In this document: positions 44,301 to 55,537 of the stretch, in pieces | Position numbering within the stretch: the stretch's first letter is position 1 | Layout: each line of letters starts with the position of its first letter | NCBI GenBank assembly: GCA_040954595.2 | Contig: CM082578.2 | Location: 6,557,519-6,621,518, forward strand | Reading direction: 5' to 3' | DNA from: Balanoglossus misakiensis | Lineage: Eukaryota; Animalia; Hemichordata | DNA length: 64,000 nucleotides | Made by a program: the position numbers and the translations under genes | The notes under the pieces: generated by a model | What the model was told of the DNA's origin: nothing | Databases searched by the model: none | The model's input: only the letters and a program-made list of their open reading frames with translations

Positions 44301-47300
44301 CCTTGACTCACTTTCAGTGGTTGAATAGAGACGAGCAAGGTAAGTCAGAGAATGCCCGTACAACCATGTACATGTATCAGTTTATTGGAGCAAATATATT
44401 TAGGCACGGACAAAGAGATTGTGATTTAGGGCTATTGCCGCAAAACTCTGCGGGGTGTCTGATAGACATGTTGAAAAATGAATGGTCTCATCACCACATT
44501 TGCGATATCCGATCGACTCCCACGGCGTATAGTCGAGTCATAGCTGACCAATTCCGCGGCTGGTCGCCAAATCGGCTTATTATTATCGACATATTGTCAA
44601 TGACACTCGTGTTTCTCCTATCACAGGTCAGCTTGACTTATCGAATGCTGCAGACAGTGACTGGGTGGTGGTCAATCTGAACCAAGTCGGATTTTATCGC
44701 GTTAACTACGACGACGAAAACTGGAGTCGTCTGTCGGAGCAGCTGAAGGCAAATCACGATGTAGGTCGCATAAACACTGTCAGTTATGATTGCATAATCT
44801 TGCCGTAAAAACTGACATGTGCAATATCGTGTCATCTCGTAACAGAAACGCAGAACATTAATTTGTATGATCATGCTAACAAAATGTCTCCGATGTGGCG
44901 CTTTCCTCCTGAGACATGCATATTATTATTAGACAACGTGAGTGGGTCTTCCGTCAAAGTTCATTTAATATGCTAATTAGGTGTCACGTTTGCAAAGTTA
45001 TTATTGAAACATATTTATATGATAATAGTATGTGTTAATAACCACGATGACGCTTATCATAAGATATGTACTTTAAAGTAACAATTTAAAAATAGCAAAA
45101 TCAGCAGTGAATAACATAACAGAATTCAAAGTTGCCTATCATGAGAGGTTATATGTTCACAAGTTCCTCTTCTTGACAACAGGTAATGCCGGGACCAACA
45201 AGAACCGCCATGTTGGACGACTGTTTTAAGATTTCCCAGGCTTTCCACACGGACGCGGTGAACTGTCTCCGTCTCAGTGAATATATGGACCGGGAGACTG
45301 AATACCCAACCTGGGAGATCATGATCGACAACATACCTTTCCTGCACAAATCTTTGCTGAGGACGGGTGAATTTGGGCAGTTTGAGGTAGGTTTTCTGTT
45401 CTAAGACAGCGTTCTCCCCTCGTCAAAATTAAGGTCTGGTGTTAACATGTTTAGTACAATATCGTTTTTCTGAATGCTGGAATTTGGTGTAAGTAGTACT
45501 ATTTCTCGAATGATAGATCAACAAGTTGGGTTTTCTGTCATTGTTGTACACTGTAATGACAATAGCTACAGCTGCTAAGGGGAAAAAATCATAAAGATTT
45601 TCCGTTGAGTGGATAATTTTGGTTTCAATTTCAGCTGTATTGGCGCCATCAAACCACACCAGTGTATGATAGTCTGGGATGGAATATAGATGAAGGCGAC
45701 CCTTTAGAATAGTGAGTATGGGCACGGAGACGTCATCTTTTCCTCTTGTAGCAGTTTAAAGTACGTTCTTTTTAGCAATATATGTTATCCAACTACTTCA
45801 CAATATTGCAAACTCTGTTGACAAATCAATCATTCTGAGGTTTGGAACAGGAAACAATTTAATACACGGAACAGATACAATCCCCAGAAACATTGCTTCT
45901 CTCCCTATGATTATGATATTTCCCCCTTAGTCGCCTTCGCCAAGAAGCAATAAGAACAGCCTGCGGCTATGGGAACGAAGACTGTGTCAACGTTTCAAGC
46001 ACATTATTCGCTGATTGGATGAACACAGGAACAAACAGGTGACTCATTTACATATCCTTAGGCCTAACCATTTCAACGCAATAATCAACTTGTCGTCATT
46101 TTTAATACAAAATTAACCTCATATTACTTTTACAATATTTTTCCGCTGAAATTTTACCAAGACCTGCAAACAATGGAAAAGTGTGTCCGCTTGGTCTGGA
46201 ATTAAGAGGGGGGGGGGGGTTGTAATTAATGATCAATTCCTTGAAAATAAAATTCCATACTTTTTGACAGCGTTCCATCCGAAGTGAAATCGACTGTCTA
46301 TTGTGCGGCTATCAAATATGGCGGCGTTCAAGAATGGAAATTTGCATACGAGGAAAGTGAAAGAAACCCGACCGAAAGGAACACACTTAGGTCTGCCCTG
46401 GGCTGTTCTAAAGACGCGTGGCAGTTGGAAAGGTGTGATTCGTTGCTTCCTTTTCTTAACCACCTGGGAAATATCCATGTGGTGTGTGTGTAAACGTTAA
46501 TGATTGAAACAAATACTGGACAGTGGTACGTTATTTTAAAGGGGTGATTAGGTCGCCTAAAATCATTTTATCCCAAAGGGGACAAGACTGTAATAAAACA
46601 CATATCTCATGAAGTCATTGCACAGCCAAACAAATCAAGTGTTGTAGTCAGTCAATAACGTAGCTTCGTCACTTGTGGGAAATGGCTTGAAATTAATACA
46701 GAATATTTTAGATTTTAAGACGGAAAAGATACGAGTAACATTTATAGTTTTGAAGGGGTGGAGAGAGAGGGGGTGAGGGAAGGAAGGAGAGAGAGAGAGA
46801 GACCATAACCGATCGCCAGTACGATATTATACTCACCATTGTTTCATCCTAGGGTATTCTGTGGTGCATATTACAGCAAGATGAGCTTTTTGTCAACTTT
46901 CCATGTAAGTAAAGAGATAATGACACCCCGTGTTTTAATTCGTTACAGATACATAGAAGAACATATCGATAGTGCGGACGTCTACTCAACCATACAGTAT
47001 GTTAGGGAGAAGTCTGCTACTGGGTTTTCCGTGGCGTGGAATTTTGCCATGAATAATTTTGAACGACTAAATGCAACGTAAGTAATTTGTCATTCTCTGT
47101 GCAAATTTCAATTATATATTTACGGTTGAGTCCTCAGCGAATGAGTGGTGTAACCTCTCCAGAGGATTGTGCGGCAATGGCCGACTTCCATAAAGATGGC
47201 GGTGACGTCATCGGCATCTTTCTGCGAGTCGGCCATTACTATGCACTGCTTGAGATGAGCGACTGCAACCAGTTGAGTGCGTCGGCGGGGGCGCTGTTGT

Positions 47301-48342
47301 TCAATGCAGTAAAGGAGGAAGACGTGAGAAGAACGCAGGAAATATTGTTTTGTGGTTCTGTGGCTATTTTGGGGTTTGTGGTTCCATCAAATCGTGCAAA
47401 AAGAAAACGGTTGTTGCACCACATACGGGTTATAGTCAACCGTATAAATGCTGCCACTCATTCAACGTCTACTTGTCTATGCTATCATTTACTAGGCTTG
47501 GTGAAAATACAGCGTACGCTTTGGTTTGGGATTTTTACCCTTGGATGAACACACACTACGACCTGCAACAGGTAGAGTACAATTTCCCGGTGGCCGTGTT
47601 TAGACCTATCTCAGATTGTCGCAAAAAAAGTTCAAAATGCGAGATTTGTTCGTTTAGGTCACCCCCCCCCCCCCCCGTCTCACGTCTCCGAAACGGAATT
47701 TAAAAAGTGCAAACTGTTGACTGATAATGAGGGGATAACATAGCTTTTGGCAGTAGTTGTCGAAACACGTTCGACCACAGTTGCTTGCATTATACATGGC
47801 ATATCCTCAAAGATGGTTATATTTATTTCGGTATTTTGGCCAAAGTTGACACTTTCACACAAATTAAATTGGCGTATCATGATGACATGTATTGGAAAAA
47901 TAGAAAACCTAAAGAATATCATTTAACTTAATTGACTTTGTCTAATTATAATATTCATAAGAATATCAGCAATGACATCATCGTCTCAAATTTTCGCACG
48001 TGATAATGTGCAAGGTGTAAGACTAGCCTACATATCGTATATTTCGTTTGTCGATAAACTTCGCACTGTGGTGAAAATGTCATTTGAATTTGGCATATGA
48101 CCAACGCTGACCGAGTTCAAACTGGTACGATAGTGTAATACATACCACATGGGAGCTAAACAACACGCGTGTGTTACTTGTTGCAGTTACTACAGTTTGG
48201 AGCACTCCACGAAAACATGTCCAGCGACTCAGCCAGCGGGTTCCACAACAGCAAGCTCGAGGTCGAGACCAACATCGCTTGGATGTCAAGAAACAGGGCC
48301 AGCATTCGTAGTTGGCTTAATGAAGTCGTTTCATCGCTATGA
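38366..48342 (+). CDS. Divergent M1 aminopeptidase gene E, type II membrane-anchored, 17 coding exons
   Basis: [41 protein letters not shown] signal anchor. Approximate exons: 38366-38991, 40614-40887, 41295-41415, 41790-41944, 42121-42234, 42543-42683, 43007-43138, 43560-43735, 44242-44339, 44627-44760, 45183-45386, 45635-45711, 45931-46038, 46272-46432, 46949-47078, 47497-47571, 48187-48342. Motifs FPSFDEP, GATEFW, HELAHMW..NEGFA and FDTTTYSGG. Ends [23 protein letters not shown]. Confidence 0.92.
43281..43488. mobile_element. ~200-bp MITE, TA-flanked, CTGTAAAACGGGT terminal inverted repeats (Tc1/mariner-type)
   Basis: tactgtaaaacgggttattttcgcga ... tcgcgaaaattacccgttttacagta; a second copy lies in inverted orientation at 53275-53490. 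Confidence 0.8.
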
Positions 48343-49260
48343 ATTGAGACAAATTACAACTGAGCTGAAAAATTAAATACCAGTCTGAGACTTGCAACGT
48401 TTGTTTTTTTGTCTCTGATTGGCCAGTTTCTGTGTGAAAGCAATTCTGCAAACCGATTTAAAAACCAGGCGTGCGAGAGTGGGATTTGAATTTCCAAGGT
48501 GGCGAAAGATCGGCCCTTGCAAGTGATGAGAAAAATCAACTGTACATTGTTTCCATCAATAAATCCCAGGGAATGTATTTTATCATATGTTACTGTGTTA
48601 AAAAAACAATACTGAGGCTTGGTCGTGATTTTAGTATTTTTTTTACTATGTTGACGTTTCTATAGGATATTTGCCTACCACATCCTTGCCCAACAGATCT
48701 ACTCCAGATTAAAATGTTGCCATATTTATGCATGTTATATATTACCCATTTCAATAATTCTTGGTTTAATACTTTGCCAGACATGACCTATAATAAAAAA
48801 AAAGTCTGACTGGCAAACGAGGGGAACTATATCTATCACAGACATCTACACTAAGAAACTAACGGCATCTTCCAGGATGATGCCTGCATGACGTTAATCA
48901 ACTCATCAAATATACAGCTCGTCTACGTACATTGCACTAAAATTTTTAGAAAAAACAAAAGAAAGGATCTAGACACATAACAATTAACGTCTGCTATTGA
49001 GAAGTATATGACACAGTGTGACCAATTTCTACATCTAATGCGAATTATATGTTCTGCTATAGGTATTCAATATTTCATTATATGTGAATCATTACTCATC
49101 CCAGTCACGTAATTATTTTGGAAAAATTCTACATTTAATTTTTGGGGCTCAACCATGTAAAGCAGCATCATTGCAGAGGGCCTCACATATTTCATGAATT
49201 TTTTATCAGACTCCATGATTTTTTTTTTGCTATTTCTAGACAGCGTCAAGTCTTGTATTC

Positions 49261-52200
49261 TTACACAGCTTCTAGGTCTTTTTGGACTCGATGAAAGTCA
49301 AAAGGCTCTCCTGTCATACGTGTGTAGACTTCAAGAATGTTGTTACAAGTTGTCTTACAGTGGGTGGTTGCATCATAAGATGAGGTGATGAAGACCTGAA
49401 AAAGGACACGATCAGGGAAAATGTTAACGGTATATTTCATTAGCAGACATAATCACAATAATTGTGGTTTAGGCCTTCCGCTAAATTTTGGTTAATAAAC
49501 CAAAACAAAGTCCATAATTGTTGCCACAAATTATGTACAATATTACACTACATGTAACAGAATGCATGGTTCAACTACTTAAAATGGCATGTGTTATGCT
49601 CAGCCGATCTTTGGCTCCAAACAAAATGTTCCGCGCTCGGACAAAATGATCTTTTGCTCAGAATTTCTATAGAAATGCCCACGTCAAGAGACCTAGGCCA
49701 TTGATATGATTAGTTGATTATCTGGCGTCGTAGTCTCGGTTACCCAGACCCCCCTGCTTCTTCCGTTGGACACTCCAGAAAGAGGGTCTGGGGAAACCCC
49801 ATAGACAAATCTCCGGGCAAAGATGGCCGACTCGGGACAAAAGCAATGCATGATGGTCAACATTTATGACATTTGATATTATGACATGACGATATTAGAA
49901 AACTATTTACCAAACTTCCCTCTCTCTTTTCAATTTATAGACAGTTTCAGCAGGTCCAGCACTTCTCAGCATGTTTTGTTTATGTTAAAGGCTGCAACCA
50001 TCATGCATCGCTTTTGTCTCAAGTCGGCCATCTTTGCCCGGAGATTTGTCTATGGGGTTTCCCCAGACCCTCTTTCTGGAGTGCCCAACGGAAGATGCAG
50101 GGGGGTCTGGGTAACCGAGACTACTGGCGTCGAGGACACAAGCAGAGGCAGACAGACAAGACAGACAGACAAGACAGACAGACAGACAAAACCGCATTCT
50201 AGAAATGGCAAAAAACACCACTCAGAATCACGGCTGCGTTCAATACCTTTGATTTGCTGCCATCATCAATTGGCTCGTAGATGTCATTGATAGTAAAAAA
50301 TTTCTCAATTATGGGACCTAGGAGATCAAGACCGGGTTTGAGTTCAGCTTCTGGGTTACTAGTCTCCACAGTGGTCGATACGAATGCTATGTGAAAGCCC
50401 TTTGCAGCCACTTGGTGAGAATCAGAAACTGATGCCACATAGATATCTGTGAATACGAGAACATTCAGACAATAACATTACCCAACACAGAAATCTAAAG
50501 TACGCTATCAGAACAAAATTTCATGAAACAAGGATTCTTGGAATTTGACTTACCAGACTTCCTGTCCACTTTTCTATGTGGAATGATAATTTGACACGAG
50601 GAGCTGTCGCTGGTATTAGGAATGGGGTGCTGCAGTAGACATATAGCACGGACCACTTCGCCAACTTTCTTGACTTTGTCAGTTACATATGTTGGGTCAC
50701 ACACTACAGCTTTGCACTTGGCAGTCTCGCCCTGAGACGTGACTCCACACACTTGGCCATTTTCATCGTATACAAGTTCATCAATTTTTTTGTCCAACAT
50801 GTAGGTGCCACCATAAATGGCCGACAACCTGTTGAGTGCGACCACATTTGTCAACAGGTAAGTAAGCGCAACACGTTTACACTCACATCTAACTTTCCCC
50901 GAACACGAAAATGTTCTGGCATCACGAGTTATTAAGATGATCAAATTTCAGGATTAGAACAGTTTTGCCCCAAATCATTTTTGAATGGCATACTGCAAGT
51001 TGTAGTCATGAACCCTATCCAACATACATTCAGTGGCAAATGCTGGTAGTATTCGAAGATATAATCATCTGATAAAAATGGCAAACTATCTCGGGAGGAG
51101 TTTTCATGTAACAAAAGATCTGCTTGACGACTTTACAAAATCAAGTTGAACGAACACATTTTTCCTGTTACGGTCGCTGGAGAAAACGTAGCCCTGTGTA
51201 CAGAAAACCGTAGCGTATTTTGAATACTGACCTTGCAAAGCCCTGGGGCAGTTCACCTAGACCGTACAGTGGGTAGAGGTATGGTGACTTGCCATAGCGG
51301 GCTAGAGAGTCACTGTACAGTTTGATCCTTCCTATTGTCTCAAGACACGGTTCATCTATGTAACTGTGGGGAGAATATTATACAAAGAAAATGTCACAAA
51401 AGGACAACGAACACACACAAATTTACTTGAACATCCCCAATAAACAATGCAAGGCTTTCCTTCCACATGACCATGCTTCATCTCAGCAGAATATTGGGCA
51501 GTGCAGGGAAACAAGTCCCATACATCCTTACTGAAACCGATACGAACATGCAGGTTTATACTTACGTATCATTTCTATGCAGTGCCAGAGCATGGCCTGT
51601 GATAGCCGCAGTGTTCTCGTCTAGGCCAAATTTGTTGTACACATCCCGCATTGCACTCTTCTTAGGGTCTATACCTTCCCATGTCTTGGGGTCCTCTTCA
51701 TTGAAGTGTTGTACAAACAGCAAAAAATTTCTAAATCGGCGCTTCTCAAATATTCCCATCAGATCTAGCGACAAGAAAGTATTAATAGATGACTCGTATG
51801 ATTATAAAACACAGTAAAAATTCAAAAGATTCAACAATACTAAATGGTGGGAACAATGGCCACGTTGCTTCGTATCTGGGCTTGCAAGTCTATATAGGCG
51901 CCTAAGTCGTGTGATCCCTTTGGCTTGGTGGACGGTAACCGAAACGAGAAGCCCAGCCCCGAATTCGAACTCAGCTCAGGACAAGAAACTCGCTCAAAAC
52001 AAGCAAATACACGAAAAGTTTTGAAAATCTTTAATTTATAAAGACGAAAAATCACCAAGCGTCTTGTGGTCTAGTCTAGTTCACATTGTTAAACAAAACT
52101 ATGCCTCTGTATGTTCACAGTGCTACATTGAATGCTTGGACAACTGCATGGAGTTAGTCTTCAAAGAGCTCGTGAATGGAAAATAACCATGACTCATATC

Positions 52201-54587
52201 AAACGCAATCATCCTTCCCGTTGACCCAAGTGAAACTAAAAACATACAACAACATCGAAGAAAAAGTTTTTGAAAAATGCAAAAGAAGTTTAAAGTACGT
52301 TACCTGAAGCCAATGCTTCCTTGCCATCAGCGGGTACACGGTATATTTTTGAATCTCTTTGATAAACATAACTACCTTCTACAGACTTGAATTCCAAATA
52401 TCTGGTAACACCGCTGTGGATCAACAATTTCACCAGTTGCCCTAGAAAGAAAAAGATAATATTCAATGGTAATTAATTATGTGATCAAAGCGCCACTGAA
52501 AAAGATCCAGCGAAAATCAGTTAAAATCGTGGGGTGTCTTAGTACTAGTCACATCCAGTCCCTGAAATACTGCAGTTTCAGAAGTAACATTGTTCCTTAT
52601 TATGTCTCTAGTTTTAAACTCTCTCACTGTACATCAAAATACAGTTGGGCTAAAAACTGAGGAACGAATGAATTCACTGCTCTCCAGTATATTCACCATT
52701 AGCCATAAGAAACTTTGGAATAAGATCGACATTCCAATCTCGGCCGCGACCAAGATTTTCAGGTACCTTCGCCCCTGGAGAATACTTCTTGTATAACTGG
52801 AATTAAAAACAGAAACTTGGAGATTTCATGAAGGAAACCTCTGTCTGAACTATGGAATAACAATCGTTGTAGCTAAAAATACAACACTGGTGAATAGTTT
52901 AACCATTACATTATGTATCATCACAATCAATATGTTGTTACTTTGTACGACATTCCCACGTTACTTCCATATACATGTACATGTAACAAATTTTGGTGGG
53001 CAGGTAAGCAATGGAAAACTGCATGTGTGCAGTTCATACAACTGCCGCCTGTAAACAATAAAGTTGCTGGGATACTTACGTCTTCTAAGGGAGTCAGTGA
53101 TACACTCTCTCCACCATAGTAAGGATTCTTATCCATGTGTAACACCTTACGACCACTTTTTGACAAAATTCCACTGAGGACACATTCCTGAAGTAATTTT
53201 GCGCAAAACATTACAGAAAGAAATGAGTAAGTGTCACCTTATAGTTACACAGTGTTTTCCTTGTGAAGAAACAATACTGTAAAACGGGTTATTTATTTTC
53301 GCGACAGGAAATTTTCGCGAAATCAAAAGAGGCAACTGTTACGCACGGATTAATATCCGCGTTCTCGTATTTCACTGACTGCATCGTTGTCTTCGAAAAT
53401 CACTTAAGCGTCATTTTATTTTCACGTTTTTTTTTGCCTCTCGGGTATTTCGCAAAAATGTATTGCTCGCGAAAATAACCCGTTTTACATGTTCATATTA
53501 GTGGAATATTAGTCAAATACCAGGTTCACACTGGGTAAAACTAGAAATGTTTCAGAAAAATCGTTTGTCATTTTTAAACAGAGGATTAATCCTCTGAATC
53601 GCTTTGTGTCCAAACATATATATTGGGGTTATACAGTGGCCATAAAGACAGTGGCCATAAAGACAGTGGCCATAAAGACAGTGACTGTGAGTTACCAGAA
53701 ACATATGCTATTTCCCTCGGCCTGCGGCCTGCGGCCTCGGGAAATAGCATATGATTCTGGTAACTCACAGCCCCTCGGGTGTAATAAACGGCCGCTATGG
53801 CCCTCATGGCCAGGCAATAGGTGTTCAATATAACCACCTTCGCGGTCACCGAGAACTTTGTACAATTGGTAGGGTACAGATTTTTGAATAAGAATAGTTG
53901 TTCCACAGCTGTGGTGTGAGCCATTCGAATAAAGCACATCGCCACCCCCCCCCCCCCCTATTCTTGTTTCCAGGTGAATTCATCATTTGCATAACTAGAG
54001 GTTTGGAGGCGATATGCGCTTTCTGCCGCCTTACGTGACGATAAATACTTTTTCTTTTCGTACGGTTTCTAATACCTCGCACATTTAAAGAGACAAATTT
54101 CAACGACATACAAAAACAAACAAACACGAAAAAAAAGGACAGAAAAATCCCTAAAACGTGGGGAAACTGTGCCGTCGGGTGACAAAAAACGAACATGGTC
54201 ATCCAGAAGGTCCATAAACATTTTCAGAAAGTGTCTGTCAAATAGCGGGCACAGGCCGATTTAACGTACTATTATCATATGGCCACACCCTTGGAGGGTG
54301 GCTAGAAAGAAAAAAAATCACAGCGTGAATCAACAGGTAACAGGTCGTTTCGGCGCTAAACCCTTTCGGTCCTAGTCATTTCGCCCCGGACACCCAAGTC
54401 CTTTCGGCATACACTTAGCGACGCAGACCCCTAGCCCAACTAAACTTGGCTCTAGGTCCCCCGGGTACATACCCGTATTATAAGGGTAAGGAAAATACAG
54501 AGCGGTGTTAGTGCTGAAACGACTCGGAAGCAACCAACAAACCTTAATACCAGTGCCAAGCACTATGACGTCATATTCTTCATCCAT
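49261..54587 (-). CDS. GDI: Rab GDP dissociation inhibitor, copy 1 (9 coding exons)
   Basis: Exons encode [15 protein letters not shown] / [28 protein letters not shown] / [19 protein letters not shown] / [14 protein letters not shown] / [14 protein letters not shown] / [26 protein letters not shown] / [13 protein letters not shown] / [17 protein letters not shown] / [31 protein letters not shown] junctions; no frameshift found. Confidence 0.95.
49731..50123. mobile_element. 393-bp MITE with ~125-bp terminal inverted repeats (TAGTCTCGGTTACCCAGACC) and a perfect 9-bp TSD CTGGCGTCG
   Basis: TIRs and TSD (49722-49730, 50124-50132) seen directly; absent from the homologous last intron of GDI copy 2. 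Confidence 0.9.
53275..53490. mobile_element. Second copy of the CTGTAAAACGGGT MITE, in GDI copy 1 intron 1
   Basis: TIR and internal similarity to 43281-43488; absent from GDI copy 2. Confidence 0.75.
53629..53833. mobile_element. Foldback (Crypton-like) non-autonomous element with a 3x 16-bp tandem (acagtggccataaaga)
   Basis: Hairpin ctgtgagttaccagaaacatatgctatttccc-tcggcctgcggcctgcggcctc-gggaaatagcatatgattctggtaactcacag. Confidence 0.6.
53830..54109 (-). mobile_element. Degraded L1/Tx1-type LINE ORF2 N-terminal APE endonuclease fragment
   Basis: [33 protein letters not shown], then (frameshift/stop) [39 protein letters not shown]. This matches the SLNVRG...KR...GxxILI...DxEGRYI pattern of L1-clade endonucleases. 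Confidence 0.75.
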
Positions 54588-54690
54588 TTCTCAAAGTATG
54601 GTCCCGAGTTTCCAGTGGGCAACTGATGCAGAGGTATTAAAAGTACAAGATATACTGAATATCTCGCCTTCAAAAACTCCAAAAGGCCAC

Positions 54691-54850
54691 CACCCGGACG
54701 ATTCACTCAGGGTCGTAAAGATCAATACGCATACTACAATTACAATAAAGAAAGTTGAAGACCTGGTCCATGGCCTTCACCCGGACGATTTACCCAGGGT
54801 CGTAAAGATCAATACGCATACTACAATTACAATAAAGAAAGTTGAAGACA
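54691..54850. repeat. ~87-bp direct tandem duplication upstream of the GDI copy 1 ATG; also present upstream of copy 2 (61591-61758)
   Basis: cacccggacgatt(c/t)ac(t/c)cagggtcgtaaagatcaatacgcatactacaattacaataaagaaagttgaagac occurs twice. Confidence 0.9.
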
Positions 54851-55537
54851 CAGTCCCGAGTCCCAAACTTGAATTTACAGAGATTGCGACACAGGCGGGG
54901 GTTTTTATTAACGAATTTTAACCACCAGTTTCTGGCGTAATTGAGAAAAGTTGTAATATTCATGCAAAACTTAGTGATATTGTAGAAGATTTTTTTTCTT
55001 CATGTTGGGAAAATTTAGATTTTCAATCTTACTTGAATAACAATTTTAAAGACTCGCACACTTTCATGGTTGTCTTGGGAATAAATTTCTCGATCAACCA
55101 TTTTTTTAAACCGAGTGTTGATAAGCTTATGAGATGCGACCAAACGCTCAAGAATCACGTGAAAAATAAAATGTATACAGTAATATAAGGTACAACAAGG
55201 GAAGTGAATGTACATTTTGAGAAAAACGTGCCAAAGTTTCCTCAACTCAGGGTAGATACATATAGTTCTGTAGTGGTTGGCAATGTTCGATTCTGATCAT
55301 GACAGAAGACGAAAAGGCACGATAACCTAAAATTATGGGTAGTTGCCGACACAAGATTTCATAGCGAATCGTATCTGGTCTTTTTTAGCCTGAAATTCAA
55401 GATGAAACAGAATCTTCTAACTGTATAGTAATGTTTCCTCAAAAAAAAAAACTATTTGTGTAACCTTGACCCATTAATTGTGTCATAAACCACTGAGGTG
55501 CAGGCACCAGTTCTCAACTACAAACACATAACAGCAT

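Noticed and set aside
45387-45930. Apparent missing QYW..LGW exon in gene E
   Set aside because: It is present at ~45635-45711 ([25 protein letters not shown]) but too short for the ORF track.
49261-49320. Possible frameshift or premature stop in the last exon of GDI copy 1
   Set aside because: Careful reading gives an open frame [15 protein letters not shown].
53632-53682. Short direct repeats that might suggest a CRISPR-like array
   Set aside because: Head-to-tail 16-mers without spacers, inside a eukaryotic foldback element.
54505-54921. 138-aa plus-strand ORF with an internal repeat (HPDD..RVVKINTHTTITIKKVED)
   Set aside because: It is produced by the 87-bp promoter duplication, is antisense to GDI exon 1, and the frame is not preserved in copy 2.
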